A DNA stretch of 63,880 nucleotides, the filler included, from Choristocarpus tenellus KU-1152 (Eukaryota; Protista; Phaeophyceae): assembly GCA_964200185.2 (NCBI GenBank). It is 11 parts of 11 records of this genome, joined end to end, with 100 filler letters (N's around TTAATTAATTAA, not from the genome) between each part and the next. Parts side by side here need not be neighbours in the genome. Positions count along the whole stretch, not along the records: positions 20,333 to 26,214 come from CAXNAD020009524.1; positions 26,315 to 29,188 come from CAXNAD020024019.1; positions 29,289 to 34,625 come from CAXNAD020011107.1; positions 34,726 to 53,262 come from CAXNAD020000542.1; 7 more parts are not named here. One strand, written 5' to 3'. The translations under genes and the position numbers were made by a program. Under the pieces are notes generated by a model, which worked only from the letters and a program-made list of their open reading frames with translations, was not told the DNA's origin and did not search any database. Shown piece by piece: positions 23,886 through 35,015 of this stretch. Position 1 is the stretch's first letter, and every line of letters begins with the position of its first letter.

Positions 23886-26214
23886 CTGGGTGCAATGAGA
23901 GACTATCTCTTATGATATCTCTAAAATAAGGAGCGATACATATGTGTAATACCACCTGGAGACAACCAGGTTAATTTTCTAGCTCAAGACTCTGCTAGGA
24001 GTCCTTCTACCTTGGTGCGTATAGTTGTCAAGTTTATGTATCACAACCCCTAACTGTGCGACTAGATCTGTGACCTACTGCCCTACAAACGTAACGCAAC
24101 ATAAAGAGATACTTCCACACCCTGACAAGAACCAGAATGTGCGTATTTGCACTACTTGAGAACTAAGGCAGACTACCTCACTGGCTCAGAAAGAACGGGA
24201 AAATCTGCTTCCAACATGCATGTCTCACCCATATATTGCTACCAAATGACATGTCCTCCATCACAATGGGATGATTCACAAAGTCCTCAATACTTCCTGT
24301 CCTTGTAGATGGTCTCCCCTTGACAAAATTGAACATCCACCTGGGTTAAGCAACACTATTGTCAGTGTTAATCACACAAACCATGAACAAGCATCTCTTT
24401 CACACCTACATGCCTGGCTCCTCCCTACCATATCCAACACTACAATCGAGTCACAGGGGCCTCTCTTAAAACTCCGGACCTTATAACAAAACATGTTGTA
24501 GCATGTAGGGATATGAGCACCATGAGCACGGTCAGGCTAACGTCCCAAAATAGATGTCCAGGTATATTTCCAGTGCACCTTCGATTGCATAATGGCCACA
24601 ATATCTGGTTGGTACAACCCCTTGTAGAACTACTGATTGCTAAATCTCACAGCATGTATACTCTGTGAGGCATAAGAAAAGCCTGTATAAGAAAGTCTGC
24701 CCTCTGCAGCTCCCAACAGCTTTGTCTACCACACCATAGGTTTCGGTGGAATTGCCTGCCCAGCATGTCGATAGTCTTGCCCAAGCACCCTTGTTGGATC
24801 TCGATGCGCAGGAGATCCCCTAAACTTGGAAATTCACACACTTGACTTAACCAGAGTGTATTGCGGAGTTCAACTTAAGATATTCTGTTGCGAATCCCAG
24901 TTTAGGCATCTCCTACAGCTCACCGTATGTAGATAGCACACAACCTTGGGGTAGGAAGGCCTATATTGGTTCCGACTCGAAGCAATCAGTTCACGCACAG
25001 TTAGATGTACAACACCTCACTAGGCCAGTCCTATTCTAGAACGACGAATCCGAATTTCCTCTCTTGATTTATGGGAGCTTAAATACATCACATACACAAC
25101 CAAGCCTAGACTATTAGAAGGGTGGAATTTTTCCACAGGACTCACCATGACTCAATCACTGCCACAGGATCTCGTAGAGTGCAAATGTATCGTCCTCCTC
25201 GCCAGACCGAAGAAAGTGGCTGGTGACTCTTGAAACACCGGGGTTCTGCTGGTTGATCCGCATTAATCTCTATACCGAGATTAGGACTGAGAATAGGCCA
25301 CGGAACAACCTGCTTGTGAGACGGAGATTATGACAAATATCTGTTTTAAAGTTTTGACCCTCACGTATCTTCAACAGAGAAAAAAAGGTTTCGGCAAGGG
25401 GAAGTTCTGAGTTGAACATGCTGTACTTGCACGAATACCTGGTTAATATCATCGAAGTCCATATGCGGACGAGTTGGCATTCTAAGCTGATGTACAATCT
25501 GCTGAAGCCATGCTGTCCCACTCTTAGGGACGGTCGTAATGAAGACATCCTGAAGGAAAAGGGATCACCAGAGAAAAGAGCATGTGGTCATAGTATGTAA
25601 TGGTTGGAGGTGGCGCTGGAGTTCGTCCCCACATCATATGCGCAATAACGGATAGGCTTGTGTGCGGAGAAACTCGTGCATAGTCCAGCCTGACATGATC
25701 ATTCTCAAGGTTTTTCAGTTCTCTCAACACATTACCCCACCCCCCAAAAAAACGTATATACACCTTTCATTGGTAGTTCACTAGAAGACAGTTTAGAAAT
25801 GGTTGACTCACAGTATCTCTCACGACAAAGTTTAGGTCTGGAAACTTTATGCTCGATTTGACCTCGCAGTGCCCAAGAAGTTCTGTTAATGGATCACTCA
25901 TATTCCCTTCACTCCTCTAACAGGTAAACCAAAATCACATTGTGGTCAAGTCGGAAACGCAAAGGGAGTTTATGTAGTAATCTGAGTTTTGTGGGCTGAA
26001 GAATTCTGGTTGGCTGGGTGGGAGCACAAGGTAAGGAAGGGGACAGTAAAGAATTAAAAGTATCAAGGAGGGAACGATGTTCGATTAGACTCTTCCAACT
26101 CTATCGGACAGTTACGATAAAATATGTATGGAGTAATGGAACTTGATTAGTTTATGGGAAATTTCTGATATAAAAAGGAAATATTTCCGTTGTTATGGAG
26201 TGCTGCATCCCCCA

Positions 26215-26314
26215 NNNNNNNNNNNNNNNNNNNNNNNNNNNNNNNNNNNNNNNNNNNNTTAATTAATTAANNNNNNNNNNNNNNNNNNNNNNNNNNNNNN
26301 NNNNNNNNNNNNNN
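26215..26314. other. Artificial contig linker
   Basis: Same 100-bp spacer. Confidence 0.99.
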
Positions 26315-26665
26315 GGTGTTGAGACGTTTGTTTTTCCCTCCTCCCTTTTCTTTTTTTTTTTTTTCCCCCCCCCCCCCCCCCCTTTTTTTGGAAGAATTGA
26401 TGCGAGAGACCTGAGGAACGTTCTCGTTTTTTTGCACTCATGAAGTAGTTGGTGCAATTGATGTAAGGTTCTTGTGTTTCGGAGTCTTGTTGCCTCTTGC
26501 TTGCTTGCCCTTGTCTTCTGTCTTCTGTCTTTGTCTTCTGTCTTCTGTCTTGTGCTGTAATTGGTCCTTTTTTCTTTTTTTTGTGTAGATGGTGGATGTA
26601 ACTCTGCTCAACGAATTTTTTGCATGCCGTCCTACCCCCCTCTACTGTTGAACTTGCTTGTTCAG

Positions 26666-26812
26666 GCACTAAAGGACACAGAGTACAAGGGGTGGAAAAC
26701 TCAAGTTCTGGACGCGACATTCCCTGTGGGCTCGGGGCCTGATGGCATTATGGAGGCACTTGAGCTCATCTCCGCTGAGTCCTCAGAAGCCCTGCGTGGG
26801 GGGCAGTGCCAG
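26666..26812 (+). CDS. GLT1: Glutamate synthase central-domain exon
   Basis: ALKDTEYKGWKTQVLDATFPVGSGPDGIMEALELISAESSEALRGGQCQ; cag and gtgag boundaries. Confidence 0.9.
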
Positions 26813-27223
26813 GTGAGATGAGGTGCTTGCGAGGGGGTTATCTGTCTCTTTCTGTTGATGAATAGGTCAACTATGCACCCTATGCACCCTGTTGTGATAC
26901 AAGAGGTTTGTATAGATATTCGCAGGCTGTACCGTACCTGAGCTTCCCTACCCCCACCGTTCTGCCAGTGTGCATCGTAGCCTTACGTGCTTTTGAGGGC
27001 TGTTTTACTTACTGGTTGGTGTTCTCATGGGGCATGCAGGAGGACCTGCTGCTGCTATTTTGTGGTATGATCCCCTTGACTTGGGACTACTTCATTTGGC
27101 TGACCTCTTGTGAGATGAGACCTTACAGTCCCATGATTTTCATTTCGTCTGTGTGCTGTACTGCTTTGATACTAACTTGAAGTTACAATTGACTCTTGAC
27201 ATTTCACCCCTGCTGTTTTTCAG

Positions 27224-27396
27224 GCGGTGATCCTCTCGGATCGGTTGGCTGGGCCTGAGCGCCTTCCCATCCCGTCGCTGTTGGCCATTGGTGCCGTGCA
27301 CCAGCACCTACTGCAAACCAAGCAGCGTCTCAAGGCGGGACTGTTCACAGAGGCGGGAGATGCTAGGGAGGTTCACGACATGGCTACCCTCATTGG
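27224..27396 (+). CDS. GLT1: Glutamate synthase exon
   Basis: AVILSDRLAGPERLPIPSLLAIGAVHQHLLQTKQRLKAGLFTEAGDAREVHDMATLIG. Confidence 0.96.
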
Positions 27397-27729
27397 GTAA
27401 GTGTTTATACTGGTCAGGTTGTTATTATGGTGGGGTTGTGCAGACTCCATTGCTGTTTCTGACAGGTTTATCAGATAAGCAAGAACGAACAGTTGTAAAG
27501 CGTGCGTGTCTGTCTGTCTGTGTGTTTTTATGGATGAAGAATGCTCTCGTGAGGTATCTATTCTACTAAGTACCTTGGTCACTGGATTTTGCCACCAACC
27601 CTAACCCTAACCCTTAGGGGAAAATGTTGTTGTTAATGTGTCAATGATGTTGAGGAACTAGAAAGTACCACCTCCCTTTCCCCCCCCCTGATATGAGCTT
27701 TCCTCTATCCTGTCCATGTGTGGTGGCAG

Positions 27730-27934
27730 GTATGGTGCGGATGGCGTCTGTCCTTATGTTGCGTATGAAGCGATTGCAAAGATGAATGATGAGGGGTTGG
27801 TGTCTGCAAAGGCCAAGGAGGAATATTCTAATGAGGAGCTCTTCAGCAGCTATCGCAAGAGTGTGGCTAAGGGCATCCTCAAAGTCATGTCCAAGATGGG
27901 CATCTCCACGCTGCAGTCGTACAAGGGTGCCCAG
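27730..27934 (+). CDS. GLT1: Glutamate synthase exon
   Basis: YGADGVCPY...GILKVMSKMGISTLQSYKGAQ hallmark; the YKGAQ variant suggests the NAD(P)H-dependent type (inference). Confidence 0.97.
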
Positions 27935-28321
27935 GTGTGTGGGTGTTTATTGTGTGGGGGTATTAGTTCTGGAGTCACTTGGTGAGCTTTCGTTGCTTTA
28001 GTTGATGGTGTCGCTGGCTAATGAACGTTGATAATAGTTTTTATGCTCAACTAGAAATAGATGCAGTATTGGAAAGAGTGATCTCCTCTCAGTCGAGTTG
28101 AGGACTCTTGTGCTGTTCTTGAGTAACGACTCTGTTGTTTTGCATTGTGAAGGAAACGGACTCGCTCACATCGCTACACGCATCCCAATGCTGTGGGCAT
28201 AGAGTCCTTCCTGCCAAAGGAATTTTCTTTGCATATATATATTTTTTTCTAAACAGATTTGGCTGCCCACCCCCCACCCCCTGCAACCCCCAAAATGTAT
28301 ATGATCTGCTTCATGAAAAAG

Positions 28322-28558
28322 GTGTTCGAGGCTGTTGGTCTGGCGGATGAGATTGTTGATCGCTGCTTCACTGGAACCACCTCTCGGCTCCGCGGGACAG
28401 ATTTCAGCTCGCTTTACATGGATATCTGCCGGCTGCATGAGAAGGCCTTCCCTCACCACACCGAGCAGCTTCCATTGATCGATAACCAGGGACAGTTCCA
28501 CTACCGTGACAGTGGGGAGGCACACCTCAACAACCCTGAGACCATGGTCTACCTGCAG
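28322..28558 (+). CDS. GLT1: Glutamate synthase exon
   Basis: VFEAVGLADEIVDRCFTGTTSRLRG...GQFHYRDSGEAHLNNPETMVYLQ|gtaag. Confidence 0.96.
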
Positions 28559-28926
28559 GTAAGCAAGCAAGCTTTTTTTTCTTTTTTCTCACCCCCCTTA
28601 CCCCCCCCCCCCCCCCCCCTCCCCCCCCCCCCCCCTTTGGTGCGGGGGGGGGGACCGGTGGGGGGCGCCCCCNNNNNNNNNNCCCCCCCCCCTCTCCCCA
28701 CTCCCCCTCAACTTTTGACGCTAGTGAATCAACTGTTGATATCTGCCACCGGAATAGTTTGTCTGTGTCATATATTGTAGGTTTTTTGCTTGAACTCATG
28801 CTGAAAACCTTTTTTTTTGTTTTGTTTTTGACTGGCAGATATTGTTTTCTTGTGTTGTGTGTTCTGCGCACTACTCACTGAGAACAATGGTTGCAATTGC
28901 TGTGTGTGACTATTATGAATGTGTAG

Positions 28927-28998
28927 ATGGCTGCAAGAACGAATTCGAGAGAGGCGTACAAACTGTATTCTGATGCTGTGACCAAGGCCAACCAGAAG
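28927..28998 (+). CDS. GLT1: Glutamate synthase exon
   Basis: MAARTNSREAYKLYSDAVTKANQK continues the LQxAARxNSxxAYKxYS motif. Confidence 0.9.
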
Positions 28999-29144
28999 GT
29001 AGCACTCAGGTGAAAAAAAAAGGAAGAGGAAAATGAAAATAAAGGCATTTGATTCGCCTTCCAAAAACACATGGAATCGTTTCTGGCTTTTTGGATGGGT
29101 GCAAAATGTAGAATTTGATGTGGGAGTAGGAAGGGGTGGGTGGA

Positions 29145-29181
<37 letters not shown>

Positions 29182-29188
29182 GACATTG

Positions 29189-29288
29189 NNNNNNNNNNNN
29201 NNNNNNNNNNNNNNNNNNNNNNNNNNNNNNNNTTAATTAATTAANNNNNNNNNNNNNNNNNNNNNNNNNNNNNNNNNNNNNNNNNNNN
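29189..29288. other. Artificial contig linker
   Basis: Same 100-bp spacer. Confidence 0.99.
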
Positions 29289-30051
29289 CACATATACTTG
29301 GTCACATCCACTGGGACAGTATCTGGCATCATATCTAGCGGATCTGTAGGGATCCAATACACCAAGCTGTGCATATGATACCTTTAGGTGATGTCGAAGG
29401 CAGGTTAGTTGTGAAATTTGGTCAGTGGCCTATGACAGCAGGAGTTACCTGAACGAATATTTAACTTTTCAATCACTTGAAGGTGGTACTAACACCTGAA
29501 GGAGCTGAAGGGTTCAAAAAGTCTAGGATATGATTTTTTGGTGTAGCCAAGTGCTCCGTGACAGAACCTCAGGTGTGTATATTTCGATTGAGGTTATTAT
29601 GATCGGAGAATGCTCCAGACTGAAGTACTTGGGGCTGTCCTATACGGTTGTGACATGTGCTCCCTGTCAGGACTACTATGTGAACCTTTGCTCTCCACAC
29701 AACGGGTTGTACTGGATTTGGCAAACAGGAACACACCCCAATCGCGCACTTTCCTATATGGATATCCTTACGGACAGTGGGTGTGATGTTATCATGTCAA
29801 CAATGCGAAAACAAAATATGTCGTGAAGGGGAAGGTTGCAGATACCAAGATAAGCATGTTCAATGGGGAAAATAGGGAAAACTTGCATACGGAAAGCAGA
29901 AGCAAAAAGGATGGAAAAATAACTAGCGGGTGTGCCTGCCAGATTTGGAATATTTGTGATGATGGGTGAGAGCTTAGTATACCAGGGCAACAAACTAGAA
30001 CAAACATGATGGGAAAAGAGAGTAGTAGGCGGCACAAAGATATTTATGGAT

Positions 30052-30571
30052 GACCCAAAGCATTTAAGAGGGTAGGAGTTTTGCCCTGTTTGTCCGTTTG
30101 GGGCTTGGCTTCCCACGGGTTTTTGTTACCCTTTTTCGGTATTCTGGGGTAACACAGATACCTAAAATGTACACGAGTATGAAAGGTGTGTCCGTAGGAA
30201 GGATATTGACACTTGCTAAGAGCCAAAATATCTTCGAGGGTAGGGGCGCGTTCATTTGGGGGTCAAAATCCAACATTGCGATTTTGATATAATTTTGGCT
30301 ATCGTGTTTGTTAAGAAGTTTCAATATCCATCTTCCAGACACACCTTCTCATAACGTATACATTTTACCTACTCCGAAACATTTTGGAGTAGGTAAAATG
30401 TCATAAAAAAAACTTGCGAAGCCAAACCCCAAATGGACAAACAGGGCAAAACTCTTACCCTCTAAGTTACTTTCACTCTAACATACACAATAGCCAAAAT
30501 TTATCGAAATCGCAACACTGGATTTATGACCCCAAACAAACACAGCCCCACCCTCTTATATGCTTTGGGTC
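30052..30571 (+). mobile_element. MITE family B, older copy split by a nested family B insertion
   Basis: Halves 30052-30219 and 30479-30571 rejoin to one element; TSD GAT. Confidence 0.88.
30220..30478 (-). mobile_element. MITE family B, nested inverted copy
   Basis: Full TIRs; TSD TAA. Confidence 0.9.
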
Positions 30572-30619
30572 GATTAGTGGCATTCCGGGGAAGTTGTGAC
30601 AGCTGAACTCCACGCTAAA

Positions 30620-30779
30620 GACCCAAAGTATCTGTGGGAGGAAGGCCATTTGGGCCATTACCAGGAAAAGTGCACTTTAATGATCCATCCGACGTATAGA
30701 ATCAAATCACCCAAAAATTGCCACATGAAAAAATTGCCCCCAAATGGATAGTCGCCACCCCCCCCAGATACTTCAAGCG
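30620..30779 (-). mobile_element. MITE family A (with internal deletion)
   Basis: Reverse-complement match to family A. Confidence 0.85.
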
Positions 30780-31440
30780 TAAAGTAGCAGCAAAGGCAGG
30801 CCAATCATATCAGGGCACGTGCAACTTGACACTCTCCGCTGAATGCTACTATTTTATTGTTATTCTCAATTTTGACGGGGTTGACTTTAGATGGATGCGT
30901 CTCTAACGTCTCCAATGTGATCAGGTAGTTAGTGTTCTGATTAAATGTACCTGGTTTGATACTAAACTCTTTGCCCACCTTTCCCCATCATTTGTGTAGA
31001 CTTTGTTCTTTATGTTAAACTGATGGCTCCAGACCTGGTTGAAAGCAGGTCACAAGAAGGCAATACACACTACATTATAAGACTACGACTGCTTTTTTGA
31101 AAAGCAGAAAAAAAATGCAACGAAAAAGGGCAGGAAAGAAAAAAATCATCTACCTACAAACCGTACCAAAGTAGCAGATCTTATGGACCAGAACCAACAA
31201 TTTGGGATAGAGTGCCATTAGCGTCATCACAGATCACCAGGTCCATCCAATATAAAAACACCAGTCAAATGGCACATAAAGGAGAGGTGGACGCAAAATT
31301 ATCAACCTAAGGGGAGAAGCATTGAGAATATCAGGATACAACAAACAGTGGTGAGGATGCAGGTGTCGTAGTATCATTGGATTGCCTAAGCTGCTGGTAA
31401 GCAAGAACAACATATGCGGGTATCAAACCTTCCTTGCAAT

Positions 31441-31861
31441 GAGTTGACGTAAGTAAGAGGTATCCAGAGTTTCTTTTTCAGCATGTCGGAATATATGTGC
31501 AAAATTCGACTCCTTTTAAAAATGCGTGTAGGATATTTTCGTAAGTATGTCGAAATGTTTAAATGTTTCAAGCAGCAGAAAATAGGTTCAAAGTATCTGG
31601 GGAGGGGAGGATCTACACCAGGGTGTCCATTCGTCTCCTGATCAGGAGAAATGAACTTACATTATCCATCCAACAAATGCAACCAAATTGCCCAAAACTC
31701 TCGACATTAAAAAATGGGTTCCCAAGTGGACAGCCGTCACCCCCCCTTCAGATACTTTGAGCTATAAATCCTCTCAAGTTCAACTTAGAACTCCATCCAT
31801 AAAATATGGGTCATAATGCAAAACGGACAAAAATTGGGTACCTCTTCTTTTTCTTAGGCTG
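31441..31861 (+). mobile_element. MITE family C (diverged) containing a nested family A copy
   Basis: Similar to 61627-61898 on both sides of the insert; TSD AAT. Confidence 0.7.
31585..31763 (-). mobile_element. MITE family A nested in family C
   Basis: TIRs present; TSD ATA. Confidence 0.88.
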
Positions 31862-31987
31862 AATGTCGCAGTCCGTTCCTTCTGAAATCAGCCACACACA
31901 CTTGTCTCAATTGTGTTGTTCTCTTTTAAGTTCGCATGTTGGATCTGACGATGTGTGACGACGCCATCTAATTCCTCATTTCAATGT

Positions 31988-32245
31988 GAGTGAAAGTATT
32001 TTAGAGGGTACGAGTTTTATCCTGTTTGTTCATTTAGGGCTTGCTTCTCATGGGTTCTGTAATGACATTTTCCTATTCCAAAAAAAGTTTGGAGTAGGTA
32101 AATGTATACGCTATGAAAGGTGTATATCTGGAACAATGATATTGACACTTACTAACAAACACGACAGCCAGAATTACATCAAAATCACAACATTGGATTT
32201 TGGCCCCCAAATGGACGCGGCCCTGCCCTCTAAGGTACTTGACTC
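31988..32245 (+). mobile_element. MITE family B
   Basis: Full-length match. Confidence 0.9.
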
Positions 32246-32246
32246 A

Positions 32247-32505
32247 GAGCCAGAGTATCTTAGAGGGTAGAACCGCGTCCATTTGGGGGTCAAAATGCAA
32301 TGCTGTGATTTTGATGTAATTTTGGCTACCGTGTTTGATAGGAAGTGTCAATATCTATGTTTTGGACACACCTTTCATAACGTATACATTTTACCCACTC
32401 CGAAATATTTTGGAGTCAGAAAATTTCATAAAAAACCCATGGGAAGCCAAGCCCCACAAATGGACAAACAGGGGAAAATTCGTACCCTTTAAGATAGTTT
32501 CACTC
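32247..32505 (-). mobile_element. MITE family B inserted at the tip of the previous copy
   Basis: Full-length reverse match; TSD TCA. Confidence 0.9.
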
Positions 32506-32547
32506 TCAGTTTTGCATTTTACTTGTAGTGCAGATCGGTTTCTCATT

Positions 32548-32817
32548 GAGTGAAAGTATCTTAGAGAGTACGGGTTTTTCCTTGTTTGTCCATTTGGGGG
32601 TTAGCTTCCCAACGGGTCTTTAATGACATTTTACCTACTCCAAAATGTTTCGGAGTAGGTAAAATGTATACGTTATAAAAAGTGTGTCTGAAAGTGTGTC
32701 TAAAACAAGGATATTGACATCTCCTAATAAACATGATAGACAAAATTACATCAAAGTGAAACATTGGATTTGGGTCCCCATATGGACGCGGCTCTACCCT
32801 CTAAGATACTTTGACTC
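32548..32817 (+). mobile_element. MITE family B
   Basis: Full TIRs; TSD ATT. Confidence 0.9.
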
Positions 32818-34625
32818 ATTGTTACCTTTCGTAGATATGGAAAGGTTTTCTCCTATTTTCTTTTTTCGATTTGTTCGAAATACGTCGTCCTTTCTCAGCC
32901 ACGAGTATTGTTTTCATCTTACTACATATCTTGAGCAAGGGTCTGAAACCCCTTAAGAAAAAATGCACATTGTGGTTGGTACAGTGATCCAATGGAACAT
33001 GTGTTGATATCGGTATCTTGTAATCATTTTTGTTTCTACACATGAAGTACAAGAGGAGGTACTAAATTCAAACAACTAGAACCTAACAAACTCGCAAAAA
33101 TATATAACATTACCATCTAGTATGTAACCATACGGTTTACACACCTGCTTAGTCTTGCTGGGGAAATAAAATATCTACAGACAAATGGGTTCGATTATTG
33201 GAAGATTCTTTCGGAGTGTTTACGTATGAAACGCACAAACACATTAAAACGGGTGGGGACCAAATCTGAGCAATGCTACTACTGGCTTATTTAGGCCTTA
33301 CATTAGAAACGCCAAGACTTGAACCGTGTCAAGTGATGCGGTTGAACAAAGACAAAAAGATCTCCATGCCCAAACACTGTCATCTGCACATAGGTGTAGG
33401 CCTTAAACAGCAAGGTTAGGAGGAGGAAACCCACCCCATTGCGCACCAACCACCTCTTTGCTATAGACTCACACAAATTGTTAATGATACATATACACCC
33501 ACCCTACTTTATCACCTTATTTATTGTGAATCTTTGGCAAAGACTGCATTCTGCAACGAGATTGCATCTTGCAATGAAGCTCACCTAGTGTTGTCAATAT
33601 TCTTCTTACCTGTACAATCCGCCCCCACAATCTTCTTGTGAGTATTCTACTTGCTATATTAAGACATTAAGGGAAACCTATGCAATACAGCTGTGACCCT
33701 CTCGCTTAGAAGTTATTCTTGCTTGCACTTACCATAGATATGCTCCAATAAGGTTGAAGTCTGATAGGAGAAGATTGCGCTCCTCCTTTGTCCACTTTGC
33801 AATGGTTGCAGGTCTCATGCACTTGCCCCTGCGAGTGCTCATGAACTCTGTGAATGGGACCCCATGTTCTTCTTCAATGAAATTTCGTACTGCTGAATAC
33901 ACTGCACGTGGATACACGTGTGTGTTGAAGATTGAGAACTCATGTACCACATCCTCACTCACTGCCAGAGATGTGCCATTCTTCCAGCACGCCGTCATCA
34001 TCCTGGTTGGCAAATCTGTATTTCAGAACAGGGTCGAGATATACATGTAGTCATTTTGATGGTACTTCGAGCAAAACCCTGTTGTATATAGTAATAGAAA
34101 CGTGTTCCATCTTATCATGAGCATGAGGAGTTCACATAGATGCTTGCCATTATGTTGCATTATTAATGGTTTTTGAGTTAATCCCAACACACGTAGTTGT
34201 CGGTTTCTTCCTACACTACAAATCTGCTAGCTATACAAGTGCACGCACTAATAATAAATCGGTCACTCCTAGTTGTTGCGCACTGAAAAATATTCATTAG
34301 TGTAAGCTTATCCACTATGGGAAATTTACATGCTCTCCGATCTTTTCATCCAAACGTACATATCCAACTCACAAATGGGGGCGCACGATTCGCCAATCTC
34401 CATGTGCAATGCGTGAAGCGCGTATTCGTGGAAAAATGACCATCGAATATCATCTCATTCTTCAATTGTTTTTCGGTTATTCGCGATATAATTCTACCAT
34501 TCACAACACTTCAACTAGCAATGACTTCGGCAAATTATTAACAAGGGTAAAACTATGCAAAAGAGAACTCTTCCAATAGAATCTTTGCTTTAAGTTGTAT
34601 GGATTTATTTATTATCGGAGTGAGC

Positions 34626-34725
34626 NNNNNNNNNNNNNNNNNNNNNNNNNNNNNNNNNNNNNNNNNNNNTTAATTAATTAANNNNNNNNNNNNNNNNNNN
34701 NNNNNNNNNNNNNNNNNNNNNNNNN
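34626..34725. other. Artificial contig linker
   Basis: Same 100-bp spacer. Confidence 0.99.
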
Positions 34726-34810
34726 TTTTTTTTTTTTTTTTTTAGAGTTTTGGCCCCCACTTATCCCCCACATTCTTTTTTTCCTCCCCCCCCCCCCCCC
34801 CCCCCCACAG

Positions 34811-35015
34811 GCACCTTGAACATGCAACTGCCTCTCTTCTTCCCTCTCTCCAATTTGTGACGTCTCTATCTGCAAGGGGCCCCTGCTACCCTTCAGATCC
34901 TCCTTTCCCTACATACATGGCAGAGGAAGGTGAAATGCCAGTGGAGGACCTGTGGTTCCCTCATGGAGATGAGGATCCCTTGGAGAAGGAGAGTGAAGGG
35001 AGTGACTGGACATAG
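34811..35015 (+). CDS. Candidate terminal exon of an unknown gene (…EDLWFPHGDEDPLEKESEGSDWT*)
   Basis: Polypyrimidine tract + cag, 67 open codons to TAG, acidic tail; no homology recognised. Confidence 0.45.

Noticed and set aside
24400-25800. Endogenous giant-virus or retroelement pol region (also 4600-6200, 14200-17500, 29289-30000, 54200-56200)
   Set aside because: Coding-like but full of stops, and I could not recognise any diagnostic motif; left unassigned.
17683-29188. TOR, sulfotransferase and glutamate synthase as a nitrogen-sensing gene cluster
   Set aside because: They lie on different contigs joined by linkers, so the adjacency is arbitrary.
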